A program made the position numbers and the translations under genes. From Omnitrophica WOR_2 bacterium GWF2_43_52 (lineage in GTDB: Bacteria > Omnitrophota > Gorgyraeia > Gygaellales > UBA12090): a DNA stretch of 64,000 nucleotides. Location: positions 184,429 through 248,428 of the forward strand of contig MHGF01000003.1 of assembly GCA_001805445.1 (NCBI GenBank), in the 5' to 3' direction. Shown here piece by piece: positions 55,190 through 64,000 of the stretch. The notes under the pieces were generated by a model. It did not search any database, was not told where the DNA came from, and was given only the letters and a program-made list of their open reading frames with translations. Each line of letters starts with the position of its first letter. The first letter of the stretch is position 1.

Positions 55190-56603
55190 CAAGCCGGTTC
55201 CTCATGGCAGGCATATCCTCATCGTTGATGACGAGCCGCTGGTGAGGCGTTCGTTAAGCGAATTCCTGACCCTCCAAGGCTACAGCGTCAGCTCTGCCGC
55301 AAACGGCAAGGAAGCCTTAGGATTGTTAACAACTTATACCGCGGATATCGTTATCACCGATATACGAATGCCGGAATTAGACGGCCTGCAATTGCTCAAG
55401 CACATCAAACAAGACTATCCGCATACCCCCGTTATCCTGATGACCGGCTACGGCAGCATAGAAAGCGCTGTCGCGGCAATCAAGGAAGGCGCCTATGATT
55501 ACGTAACCAAGCCTATTGTTGACAGCGAAATAAAGATAGTCATTGAACGCCTCGTTACCCAGCGCCAGCTCCAGGAAGAAAATATAAGGCTTAAGCAGCA
55601 ACTTTCGGTTGCTTCTGTAAGAGAACGGTTTCATCATATCGTCGGAAAAGACGAAAAGATGCAAAAGATTTATTCTCTTATTGAGGCAATAACCGGTACC
55701 AGGACAACCGTGCTCATTCATGGGGAAAGCGGCACCGGGAAACGTTTAATAGCCCATGCCATACACAAATACAACGAGCAGGAAAGAGGGAAACCTTTTA
55801 TTGAGGTAAGCTGCGGCGCGTTGACCGAAACACTCCTGGAGAGCGAACTTTTCGGCCACGCCAAAGGCTCCTTTACGGGAGCGATAAAAGACAGAATCGG
55901 CCGCTTTGAGCTGGCAAACGCGGGGACAATCTTTCTTGATGAAATAGACGCGTCATCGCCGGCGTTACAGGTAAAACTCTTGCGGGTACTCCAGGACGGT
56001 GAATTTGAGCGGGTAGGAGATGCCACTACTATCACTGTCGATGTCCGTGTCATTGTCGCGACCAACCAAAACCTCCAGGAATTAATAACGCAGGGGAAAT
56101 TCCGTAAAGACCTCTATTACCGCCTTAATATCATTTCTATCGATATCCCGCCTTTACGGGAACGCAAAGGCGATATTCCACTTTTGGTTGAAGAATTTAT
56201 CAAGAAACATTCTAAGCATACAAGCAAAAAAATAGACGGGATATCAGAAGAGGCCTTAGGCCTTTTGGCAAAATACGCGTGGCCGGGAAACGTCCGGGAA
56301 CTTGAAAATACCATAGAAAGGGCGGTCATCTTAAGTAAGGACCACATCATTCAACCCAGAGATCTGCCGAAATCTATTCACAGCCACATAGCAACGCAAG
56401 CAAAAGAATCTGCTGATAGCCTGGGATTAAAAGATGCCTTAAAATCCCCGGAAAAAGACTTGATTCTAAGAGCCTTGGACGCCACGGGCTGGAATAGAAA
56501 TGAAACAGCGCAAAACCTAGGGATTAACCGGACTACACTTTATAAAAAAATGCAAAAATACAGTTTGCTAAAACCGCGTAACTCCGATGCCGGAAGAACA
56601 TAA
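55182..56603 (+). CDS. Sigma-54-dependent transcriptional response regulator (NtrC family: receiver + AAA+ sigma54-interaction + Fis-type HTH)
   Basis: Receiver domain (ILIVDDEP…DIVITDIRMP). AAA+ domain with GESGTGK Walker A and a GAFTGA-like loop (GSFTGA). ESELFGH and the C-terminal HTH (…NRNETAQNLGINRTTLYKKM…) complete the family signature. Confidence 0.8.
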   Translation: MHNKPVPHGRHILIVDDEPLVRRSLSEFLTLQGYSVSSAANGKEALGLLTTYTADIVITDIRMPELDGLQLLKHIKQDYPHTPVILMTGYGSIESAVAAIKEGAYDYVTKPIVDSEIKIVIERLVTQRQLQEENIRLKQQLSVASVRERFHHIVGKDEKMQKIYSLIEAITGTRTTVLIHGESGTGKRLIAHAIHKYNEQERGKPFIEVSCGALTETLLESELFGHAKGSFTGAIKDRIGRFELANAGTIFLDEIDASSPALQVKLLRVLQDGEFERVGDATTITVDVRVIVATNQNLQELITQGKFRKDLYYRLNIISIDIPPLRERKGDIPLLVEEFIKKHSKHTSKKIDGISEEALGLLAKYAWPGNVRELENTIERAVILSKDHIIQPRDLPKSIHSHIATQAKESADSLGLKDALKSPEKDLILRALDATGWNRNETAQNLGINRTTLYKKMQKYSLLKPRNSDAGRT

Positions 56604-57606
56604 AAGCGATCACACCCATCAAGACATAAGCTTAAAAGATTTACTTGATATCCAGAAATGGCAGGAAATCCAGGATGATTTCTCTGACATAACCGGTATT
56701 TGCCTGCGTATCGTAAGCCCTGAAGGTAATCTCATTGCCTCCTCCTGCGAAAAAGCAACCTTATGCACCGAGGTACTCAGAAACAGCCCGACAAAGAACA
56801 GGCTCTGCGGGACATGCCTGCCGACCTTTTTATCAGGGAAAGCAGTAGTAGACAAGAATTTGAGTTTTTATTGCGACGCGGGCATGTATAACTTTATTTC
56901 TCCGCTTATAGCCCATCACGATAAAATCTTAGGATACCTTATCATGGGGCCTGTCATTTTAGTCATGCGTCAGCCTAAAGAGGCCTACGAAACCATTGCC
57001 CATGAATTCAGCGTGGAATTAGAGGATTTTTGGAACGCGCTCTTAGAAATCAAGGCTATCTCTTTCCATTACGCGCAATCGCTCATGAAAGTAATACAAA
57101 ATGTCGCGGAGTATATGCTGCAATCATCTTCACGAGGCAAAGAGGAAACATACGCAGCTCTTCCGGCCAACACTAAAGAAGCATTAACGAAGCGCTTCGA
57201 GGCATTTTTAGACGTAGCATTTGAGTTAAGCAAAGCAGATATAGGTTCGGTAATGTCCTTACCTAAGGATACCAATGAGCTGACCATAGAAGCCGCCAAG
57301 GGCATACCCGATGCTATTGTAAAAAATACAAGAGTAACACTGGGAAACGGAATTGCCGGACTCGCGGCAGAAGAGGGGATATCGCTTTTATTAGATAACA
57401 CGGTAGCCGATAACAGGCTGCTTCACTATTTCAAAAGGCCACACCTTAATTCTTCGATGGTTATCCCTTTTAAAACAGAAGAGGGGAGAGTACTTGGAGT
57501 ATTAAATGTAGGCGCGCTCAATACGTCTCAAGTCCACTTTAATAAGAATACCCTGCAGATGATGGACACCTTCGCGCGGCTTGCGGCTGTTTCGATGCAA
57601 CCGTAG
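56587..57606 (+). CDS. PocR-domain + GAF-domain sensory protein
   Basis: The N-terminal half matches the PocR ligand-sensing domain pattern (…FSDITGICLRIVSPEGNLIA…CTEVLR…CGTCL…FYCDAGMYNFISPLI…). The C-terminal half is GAF-like (…GNGIAGLAAEEG…). Confidence 0.5.
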   Translation: MPEEHKSDHTHQDISLKDLLDIQKWQEIQDDFSDITGICLRIVSPEGNLIASSCEKATLCTEVLRNSPTKNRLCGTCLPTFLSGKAVVDKNLSFYCDAGMYNFISPLIAHHDKILGYLIMGPVILVMRQPKEAYETIAHEFSVELEDFWNALLEIKAISFHYAQSLMKVIQNVAEYMLQSSSRGKEETYAALPANTKEALTKRFEAFLDVAFELSKADIGSVMSLPKDTNELTIEAAKGIPDAIVKNTRVTLGNGIAGLAAEEGISLLLDNTVADNRLLHYFKRPHLNSSMVIPFKTEEGRVLGVLNVGALNTSQVHFNKNTLQMMDTFARLAAVSMQP

Positions 57607-57612
57607 CGCTCT

Positions 57613-58932
57613 TTATTTGACCCGCCGAAAACCGGAAGAGAGAATTTTCAAGCCTTCCCGGTACTTAGCAACCGTCCTTCTTGAAACATCTATTTTTCTT
57701 TCTTTGAGAAGATAACGTGTTATTTCCTGATCACTCAAAGGGTGTTTTTTATCTTCCTGCTCAATGCATTCTTTAATGATGGATTTAATCTGGCCTGAAG
57801 AAAAAGATTCCCCGTCTTTACCGTTGATACGGCTGGTAAAGAAGTTTTTTAAGGCTATAACAGACCCCTCGGGTAATTCCACGTATTTATTCATCACTGC
57901 CCGGCAGACCGTGGTTTCATGAAGAGAAAGCCTTTTGGCTACTTCTTTAAAGGTAAGCGGCTTAAGGCTGGAAAAATCATTAAGCAAGGCCTCCTGCTGG
58001 ATATCCACCAAAACCTGCATGATTTTTAAGAGTGTTTCTTTTCTTTTAGAAACAGCCTGTACCAACTCAAGGGCGTAACGAAGTTTATCGCTTAAAAACT
58101 CCTTGGCCTCTTTATCATCACGGTGTTTCTTTAAAAGAGAGCGGTAAGATTCATTAATACGTATGCTAAAACTATCTTCATTATTGATGGTAACCTTGAT
58201 GCACTCGGCATCATGAGTAATAATAACGTCAGGAATCACTGCCTGCGGCTCTTCCTGGGAATAATTGCGGCCTGGTTTGGGGTCAAGCCGTACTATTTTT
58301 TTTATCGCTAATTCAACTTCATCAAGGGGTTGTTTAAGGCTCTTGGCGATATGGCTATAGTTTTTCCTTGCGACATCCTCAAGATGAAATTGAATAATCA
58401 TTTCTACCAAAGGCTCATTTTCTCCCAGTGATTTCTGCTGAATAAGCAGGCATTCTGAAATTGAGCGCGCGCCAATTCCGGCAGGCTCAAACTGCTGAAT
58501 AAGGCGAAGTACGCTTTCAACATTGGTTAAAGGCAGATTGACCGCGAGGGCTATTCTGTCCAGGGGAGTAGTCAAGTAACCGTTTTCATCCAAATTGCCA
58601 ATAATTTCCTGCCCAATAAGCAACGTCTGATCATCATCAGCAAACATACTCAATTGTCTCAAGAGCACATCCTGTAAAGAGATTTTCTGGGTAATTAAGC
58701 TCAAGCGGTAATTAGACTCCTCATTATGGTAACCTGCTTGAGCGCTGCGAAAACGTAGGTTCTTGTCCTGTGGCTTGGATAAAGGCCTAAATTCCTCAAG
58801 AAAGGGATTTGCATCCAATTCCTGCTGAATAGCAGTAATCAGGTCTGCCTGGGGTAAGGTTAATATCTGCAGCGATTGCTGAAGGCGGGGAAGTAAATAT
58901 GTCCTTAATTCTGGGCGTTGTCTGATTTCCAT
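57613..58932 (-). CDS. rpoN: RNA polymerase sigma-54 factor
   Basis: The C-terminal RpoN box …DVSRRTVAKYREGLKIL…, an upstream HTH, and a Gln/Leu-rich N-terminal region I. Confidence 0.8.
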   Translation of the reverse strand: MEIRQRPELRTYLLPRLQQSLQILTLPQADLITAIQQELDANPFLEEFRPLSKPQDKNLRFRSAQAGYHNEESNYRLSLITQKISLQDVLLRQLSMFADDDQTLLIGQEIIGNLDENGYLTTPLDRIALAVNLPLTNVESVLRLIQQFEPAGIGARSISECLLIQQKSLGENEPLVEMIIQFHLEDVARKNYSHIAKSLKQPLDEVELAIKKIVRLDPKPGRNYSQEEPQAVIPDVIITHDAECIKVTINNEDSFSIRINESYRSLLKKHRDDKEAKEFLSDKLRYALELVQAVSKRKETLLKIMQVLVDIQQEALLNDFSSLKPLTFKEVAKRLSLHETTVCRAVMNKYVELPEGSVIALKNFFTSRINGKDGESFSSGQIKSIIKECIEQEDKKHPLSDQEITRYLLKERKIDVSRRTVAKYREGLKILSSGFRRVK

Positions 58933-59169
58933 ACTATAAGTATAACATAGTTTTGCCTAATTTCAAGTAGGGCATCCTTCTGGCTAACTTCCTATAATAT
59001 ATCTTATGTTAACTACAGCCTATAGAGTTTATGCTCTTTGCCTGTTGCTTTGTAATAGGTTGCGTAATCTAGCTGTTATTCTGCCTTATTTACTCAACGA
59101 ATCGGAATTTGCACTTGTTGCTTATGCGCAAATTAGCTTATGGGCATTTGGGGAAACGGATACTCATCC

Positions 59170-59667
59170 CTATCGGTAATTGCAAAAATTCAGCGCCAAA
59201 GGAAAGTCTATAGCCTTAAGATGAGCAATGACTGCCTGCAGTTCGTCTTTTTTACCGGAGCTTACTTTCAATTTTTCGCCTTCAATTTGAGCCTGAATTT
59301 TGCTATTAAACTCTTTAATAATTTTAACTAAATCCTTGGCTTTTTCCTTAGGGATACCCATGGTTATTTCGACTTTTTGGCGCATTGTTCCTTCAAATGC
59401 CCTTTGCGGCTCTCCAAAAACAAGCGACTTGAGCGAAATACCCCGCTTTACCATTTTGGTACACAAAATATCGGTCAAAGCCTGTAATTTTGTGTCATCA
59501 TCAGCGATTAGGATAAGCTCCTTGGCATTTCGGTCTAAATCCACGGATGCCTTGCTATTTCTGAAATCATAGCGCTGGGAAAGCTCTTTCTTAGCCTGAT
59601 TGACCGCGTTATCCGCTTCCTGAAGGTTTACTTCTGATACAATGTCAAATGAGCAGGTTTCTGCCAT
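59170..59667 (-). CDS. yajQ: YajQ-family (UPF0234) nucleotide/c-di-GMP-binding protein
   Basis: A 165-aa protein: MAETCSFDIVSEVNLQEADNAVNQAKKELSQRYDFRNSKASVDL… matches the YajQ family along its whole length. Confidence 0.7.
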   Translation of the reverse strand: MAETCSFDIVSEVNLQEADNAVNQAKKELSQRYDFRNSKASVDLDRNAKELILIADDDTKLQALTDILCTKMVKRGISLKSLVFGEPQRAFEGTMRQKVEITMGIPKEKAKDLVKIIKEFNSKIQAQIEGEKLKVSSGKKDELQAVIAHLKAIDFPLALNFCNYR

Positions 59668-59812
59668 ATAAACTATCCTCCTGTAATAATTAATAACAGC
59701 TGCTTTTTTTGTAACCGATTTTTAAAGTTAGTAACCATTAGTAATCGCTATTAACTATCTTATTTTACCTTATTCTAAAGATTAGCCCTGATTTTTACCC
59801 CGGCAAATCTGC

Positions 59813-60091
59813 CTAAGCATTGATGCGGCTAAGGATTTTCGCGTAAACATCTCTCCTATTGCCGATTTTAAGGATAAAGATAGAATTTCCCTGGATTTTG
59901 TGTATTACGCGGTAATCGCCGACACGCAATTTACGATATCCTTCCAAATTCCGTTTTAAAGGCTCACTTGCGACCTCAGGATTAGCAAGAAGCCTTTCTT
60001 CAATAGCGCGTCTTATTGTTACTTTTATGTTCTGGGGAAGCCTTTTCAAATCATTTGGGATATCCGGATGGTAAAAAACTTCGTAGGCCAT
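59813..60091 (-). CDS. RelE/ParE-family toxin
   Basis: …RKLRVGDYRVIHKIQGNSIFILKIGNRRDVY… signature, with an antitoxin-like ORF immediately upstream. Confidence 0.6.
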   Translation of the reverse strand: MAYEVFYHPDIPNDLKRLPQNIKVTIRRAIEERLLANPEVASEPLKRNLEGYRKLRVGDYRVIHKIQGNSIFILKIGNRRDVYAKILSRINA

Positions 60092-60097
60092 AAGTCT

Positions 60098-60325
60098 TTA
60101 TCCCCAGACTTGTTTATGGGTTAGGGCAGTTTTATTTGAAAACGTCTTTTCGCGGGATTCAGCCGTCTTGGCCCAATATCCGTCTTCGTAGCTTTCAAGC
60201 GCCTCACGAATCAAATCCCTAGCCTTAAAAGACAAGGAAACACGATCCTTTTGGGCAAGATGCCGCAGCGCCATATACAAAGGCGCCTCCAAAACAACAT
60301 TCAAACGCGGGTTTTTAGTAGCCAT
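60098..60325 (-). CDS. Ribbon-helix-helix-type antitoxin
   Basis: A 75-aa ORF 6 nt upstream of the toxin. An N-terminal beta-strand (…RLNVVLEAPLYMALR…) followed by helices is typical of CopG/RHH antitoxins. A GGAGG RBS is present. Confidence 0.45.
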   Translation of the reverse strand: MATKNPRLNVVLEAPLYMALRHLAQKDRVSLSFKARDLIREALESYEDGYWAKTAESREKTFSNKTALTHKQVWG

Positions 60326-60713
60326 ATATTTTTACCTCCAAAAATAGTGTATCATAAGTGATGAACCTTGTCAAGGATGGATTTATAATTCCGCACGGAA
60401 GTCTGGGAATCCACGCGCCCGCACGGGGCGCGATGTTTTCTCAATGGACATCTCAAGAGCAGTTAGGTCTATTTAAATCCTTTCTATCTTGTCAATAAAA
60501 CAGAACCGTCCCCTTTTTCCTGATAACGGCCTCCATTGATGAAAATATTTCTTCATCTCTGTGGCGCATTGTTGGGTCAGATTTATCTGCTCTAACCATA
60601 AACCGAGCTTATCCTTAAAACCTTTGTGCTTCTCCCAGATATTATTGATTTCGAAAATAATCATTGTCTATATTTGTTTCTGTTAGTGCGTATCAAAATC
60701 ATTGTATTTTTCC

Positions 60714-61154
60714 TTAGACACGTATCTCTAACAATGCCTGCCCAAGTGGTTCTTTTTCTTCAACAAACCGGACATCCATTCTCTTGATCCGCTCGCGCGC
60801 GTCATCAAATGCTTTCCTAAAAGGCGTATTATTCTTTAATAGGTCTTTCCGTGATCCCGATGGCCGATACGATGCGCTTAGCCGTTCGGTAGCGTGCCGC
60901 GCCAAAAGAAAGGCAAATGTCGCCATATTATGAGAGGGCCGCGTGTGATTACGGAGTCGACGTTTAAGATTGTTTGTCCGGCCAACGTAGAGAGGCTTAT
61001 CGTTTTCAGAAAACAGATATATCCCAGCTTCATGCTCATACTTCTTCGGAACTGTATTCCACGTAAACGGCAAGGATTCCCTGAGATGATCGTATTTTCT
61101 ATCAACGTCTGTCATGATTTTATTAAATTTATTTTTCATAAATCTTCTCAACAT
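60714..61154 (-). CDS. GIY-YIG nuclease-domain protein
   Basis: GIYLFSENDKPLYVGRTNNLKRRLRNH matches the GIY-(x10)-YVG-(x)-R…R…H catalytic motif. Confidence 0.5.
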   Translation of the reverse strand: MLRRFMKNKFNKIMTDVDRKYDHLRESLPFTWNTVPKKYEHEAGIYLFSENDKPLYVGRTNNLKRRLRNHTRPSHNMATFAFLLARHATERLSASYRPSGSRKDLLKNNTPFRKAFDDARERIKRMDVRFVEEKEPLGQALLEIRV

Positions 61155-61376
61155 TCAGAAGAAATCCTACAATTAATTGGACTTCTTGAGCTTCACGATC
61201 AAGGCGGCGCGGTTAATGTCGGGGAAATATTCTTCGGTCATAACGCAGATACTTTCAAATTAACGAGCTGCACTAAAAAACCTCTGTTCAATAAATACAA
61301 TTACATTATTAGACGCCATCTCTATAACATTTTCTTTCCTTCACCATTCTTTTCTTCTCTGTCCTTCACTACAACT

Positions 61377-62006
61377 TTATACGTCAATCACTATGGGCTG
61401 ATTGACCACATCATAGTCTTCGTTCAAGACGGAACAATTGACGTATGTTGTATCTTTTGTTTTCTGAATGCCGTAACCGCCATGAATATGCCCATGGATG
61501 ACATACGGGATCTTTAGTTTCTCAACTCTATTGGCCAAGGTTCTACTGCCCCAATGATCGCCCTGAAGCTCGGCAGTATCCAAATAGCCATGAGCGGGCC
61601 CATGCGTTAAAAGCACATCAGTATTTTGAGGTATCTTGCTCCAATGATACCGGTCGAGATTCTCCTCCGATTCCATGAACGCCCAATTCAAGAATGTTAT
61701 CGTCATCGGAGATGCCCATAATGCCATGCCGTTAGGCAAGGTATACGATTGGTTTTTCAAATAAACCGCTTTAGTTAAATACTTCCCGGCCTCATTCGGG
61801 AACCGCTCACAGAAAAAGTCATGATTCCCCGCGATAACAATAACAAGCTTGTGCCTTAATTCTGAAAGCCAGTTATTAAAGTCAATCAAATCTAATGCCG
61901 AACGAAATTCCCCATCACCCGCAAAGAGCAAAACATCGCCATCAGGAACCTGAAGTTTCCGGTGCTTGGCATGAGTATCTCCTATAACGACTACACGCAT
62001 TAACAC
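61377..62006 (-). CDS. Calcineurin-like metallophosphoesterase
   Basis: Motifs GDTHA, GDGEF, GNHDF, …HGP… and GHIHG (the D-x-H…GD…GNH[DE]…H…GH-x-H set). Confidence 0.7.
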   Translation of the reverse strand: MLMRVVVIGDTHAKHRKLQVPDGDVLLFAGDGEFRSALDLIDFNNWLSELRHKLVIVIAGNHDFFCERFPNEAGKYLTKAVYLKNQSYTLPNGMALWASPMTITFLNWAFMESEENLDRYHWSKIPQNTDVLLTHGPAHGYLDTAELQGDHWGSRTLANRVEKLKIPYVIHGHIHGGYGIQKTKDTTYVNCSVLNEDYDVVNQPIVIDV

Positions 62007-62295
62007 CTATTCCAATTCAGTTATTTCCTTTTTGGAAACAACTTGCCTTATTTAACGCCTTCCATCGCCTTATTGATCCGTTCAAGCGCCTTATCCAGAT
62101 CGAAATTATCGCGTTCAATTGGGGATAGAACGTCAAACAATTCAGCTTCGATACGAGAACGCATATCATCAATCTCAGTGTAAATATTTCTTAAGAGCGG
62201 GAAACCGATCCCACATAGCCAGCATAAATGAAGCTATTGAGATGATACCTATAAAAAATGACCACAAATCGATTTTTCCCATTTCACCTTCTCTG

Positions 62296-62838
62296 CTATA
62301 CCTGCATAGCTTTCAGAATCAAATCCAACTCTGAAACTTGCGCTCTTCGGCCATCAAGCATTGTTTTAGGAAATTTAGCCACATACGACCGCTTATCCAT
62401 CTTTTTTTCTTCAGATATATACTCGGTATGGAAATCACGCTTACAGTTATCAGACGTGGCACTTGCCTGTGAAAATCCGGGATGTCCCAGTATCGCTAAA
62501 AATAACCCCTCAATGCAGGGAGTCGCTGTTAGTATTTCTACGCGCGGTCGCTTTTTCATTCGATCGGATAATTTATAATCTGTTTCAAGCGGCCTATCGG
62601 CATCAAATAGCACATAACACTTATCGTAAGCTCTACTTCCACGTAAACGTATTGCTTTTTGAACCACGCAACATGGCGACCCGCCTGAACCACATTCAAC
62701 CTTGACGGCACAATCAAAATCCCGGGCGACGTATAATTCCTTGAGATACTGCAAGAAAGCTTTATCAGTGGGGCCTTCCCCTACTATGAGAATTGTTGTT
62801 TTTGTGTTTCTGGTCGGTTTTATTCGTCTTGGTGTCAT
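62296..62838 (-). CDS. RloB/AbiLii-like small protein (TOPRIM-like), partner of the upstream AAA ATPase
   Basis: …TTILIVGEGPTDKAFLQYLKELY… resembles the ILIVCEG-x-TE core of RloB-like proteins. The gene lies 12 nt downstream of the ATPase gene on the same strand. Confidence 0.45.
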   Translation of the reverse strand: MTPRRIKPTRNTKTTILIVGEGPTDKAFLQYLKELYVARDFDCAVKVECGSGGSPCCVVQKAIRLRGSRAYDKCYVLFDADRPLETDYKLSDRMKKRPRVEILTATPCIEGLFLAILGHPGFSQASATSDNCKRDFHTEYISEEKKMDKRSYVAKFPKTMLDGRRAQVSELDLILKAMQV

Positions 62839-62850
62839 ATTGCGGCTCCT

Positions 62851-63996
62851 TTATAGGTTGGGAACCGCACCATAAGCACCGGCCATGTATTTTGCGTAAA
62901 TATTATCGTCTCGCCGCACTCCCTTTAGCTCATCAAGCCGATATAGTTCGCTCTTACACTCTTGTTTTTTTTCGACCAATACAATTTGTTCTTTTTCAAG
63001 ATGATTGAGAACTTCTAATGAATGCGAAGTAAAAAGAAGCTGACTATTTTTGGGGTTAGTAGCAGGGTTAGCGAATAACTCAATTATTTGCGGCACGGCA
63101 TGAGGATGCAAGTCAATCTCAAGCTCATCTATTACTGCAAGCCCACCCTGCTCAATAGCTGACAAAAGAAAATGCAATAGCACAAACATATTTTTCGTGC
63201 CGCTGGATTCAAAAGCCAATGGCAATTTATATTGCTTATCCTTGACCTTATGCACGCCATATGGCAAATAAACTTTTCTTGCTTCTCCTGTCTTAGGATT
63301 ACGCGCTTCGCCCTCTTCAATTAATATACCTTCAAGACCAAGATCTATATCTTTTAAGAATTGAACAACCTTAACAAAAAGATTTTGATTTTTATTATAG
63401 GCCTCAGTAGCTTCAAATAATCCGCGTTCGCCAAGCGAAGAAGTATCCCATGATTTTCCCATGCGATTAACGTTGCTAATAATCTTCTCCCAAAACCCAG
63501 CAATATCAGTAAGAAAATCGTTTTTTATTGCGACAGATGCAGCAATTAAAGACACATTCTTGCGCAAAATTTCTTTAAGTATCTCCGTCTTTAAATTTAT
63601 GCGCTGAACAATATCAGAACTCTCCGCCTGAGCGTTCCAATTTCTTTTGAATATATAATTAAAATGTTGCGTGTCTTCTTTGCGGTATAGCTCTTCCTTT
63701 ACGACATGAGTTTTGCATAGATGCAGAATATATTTATAGACAACATCTCTGTGATCAAAAACCAATTCGAATTCTGATACGCTCTCTTTGTCCTCTGAGA
63801 ACGCAAAATTATCGACAGGAATTGATTCCTTTTCCCCTTCTAACCCGACAAAAGAATTCCGTACAAACCAACTAAGAAAAGCCAGCGCCTTAAGAGCGCT
63901 TGTTTTACCAGAGGCATTAGGCCCGATCACAATCATGACCTTACTGAGACGATCGCCTAACGGTGTGTCACAGAACATATTACTTTTTGTTTCCAC
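62851..63996 (-). CDS. AAA_21/ABC-like ATPase (RloA/AbiLi-like)
   Basis: Walker A GPNASGKTS near the N-terminus. A Walker B / D-loop region LAVIDELEIDLHPHAV and a LFTSHSLEVL H-loop are typical of AAA_21-family ATPases that pair with RloB-like proteins. Confidence 0.55.
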   Translation of the reverse strand: METKSNMFCDTPLGDRLSKVMIVIGPNASGKTSALKALAFLSWFVRNSFVGLEGEKESIPVDNFAFSEDKESVSEFELVFDHRDVVYKYILHLCKTHVVKEELYRKEDTQHFNYIFKRNWNAQAESSDIVQRINLKTEILKEILRKNVSLIAASVAIKNDFLTDIAGFWEKIISNVNRMGKSWDTSSLGERGLFEATEAYNKNQNLFVKVVQFLKDIDLGLEGILIEEGEARNPKTGEARKVYLPYGVHKVKDKQYKLPLAFESSGTKNMFVLLHFLLSAIEQGGLAVIDELEIDLHPHAVPQIIELFANPATNPKNSQLLFTSHSLEVLNHLEKEQIVLVEKKQECKSELYRLDELKGVRRDDNIYAKYMAGAYGAVPNL

Positions 63997-64000
63997 TCCC

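Noticed and set aside
60410-60430. GC hairpin CGCGCCC-gca-CGGGGCGCG
   Set aside because: It is a short 7-bp stem without a flanking U/A tract and it is not repeated elsewhere. The evidence for a function is insufficient.
60894-61517. 207-aa plus-strand ORF
   Set aside because: It is antisense to both the GIY-YIG gene and the metallophosphoesterase gene, each of which carries catalytic motifs. The translation is low-complexity and shows no motif.

Overview
This 64-kb window is mostly one large cell-surface glycan / exopolysaccharide super-locus built around an exosortase (XrtA-like) / EpsI / PEP-CTERM system. It carries a Wzx-like flippase, a Wzy-like O-antigen ligase/polymerase family protein, a polyprenyl sugar-phosphate transferase, many GT2 and GT4 glycosyltransferases (two as tandem fusions), two CE4 polysaccharide deacetylases, an acetyltransferase, a methyltransferase, a pyruvyl-transferase-like gene and two SPASM radical-SAM enzymes. 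Downstream sits an array of five secreted PEP-CTERM paralogs, and a sixth PEP-CTERM gene lies near the 5' end. Regulation looks sigma-54 based: rpoN, an NtrC-family enhancer-binding response regulator, a GAF histidine kinase, a PocR-GAF sensor and a good TGGCAT-N5-TTGCT promoter in front of the sugar transferase. There are also c-di-GMP-linked genes (PilZ, YajQ). Between the PEP-CTERM array and the regulators is a lipid-like module of unknown product. It comprises a tri-domain fatty-acyl-AMP ligase-ACP-lysophospholipid acyltransferase, two paralogous GNAT-fold acyltransferases, a second AMP-ligase, a B12-binding radical SAM, and a LolDE-like ABC transporter with LolA-like and DUF1302 outer-membrane partners. 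I consider this module the best candidate for an undescribed exosortase-linked acyl-modification and export pathway. The window is unusually rich in small repeats. A REP-associated tyrosine transposase (RAYT) sits between copies of its own palindrome (TTCAACCTCGTAGGTTGAA), which recurs in about seven intergenic or intragenic places. A second palindrome family (ACGAGGCTAAGCCTCGT) and a third hairpin family (CCTCTCCCC-N4-GGGGAGAGG) are also dispersed. Tandem 7-8-nt repeats (GTCACCA / GTCACAAG / CGTCCAT) are present in-frame as inter-domain linkers inside large fused ORFs, which makes them plausible phase-variation sites. An IS481-family IS with inverted repeats, a DUF559 cassette, two RelE/ParE toxin-antitoxin pairs, a GIY-YIG nuclease and an AbiL-like (AAA ATPase + RloB) defence pair complete the window. 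All calls rest on reading motifs in the translated ORFs and on patterns visible in the DNA. No database searches were run.
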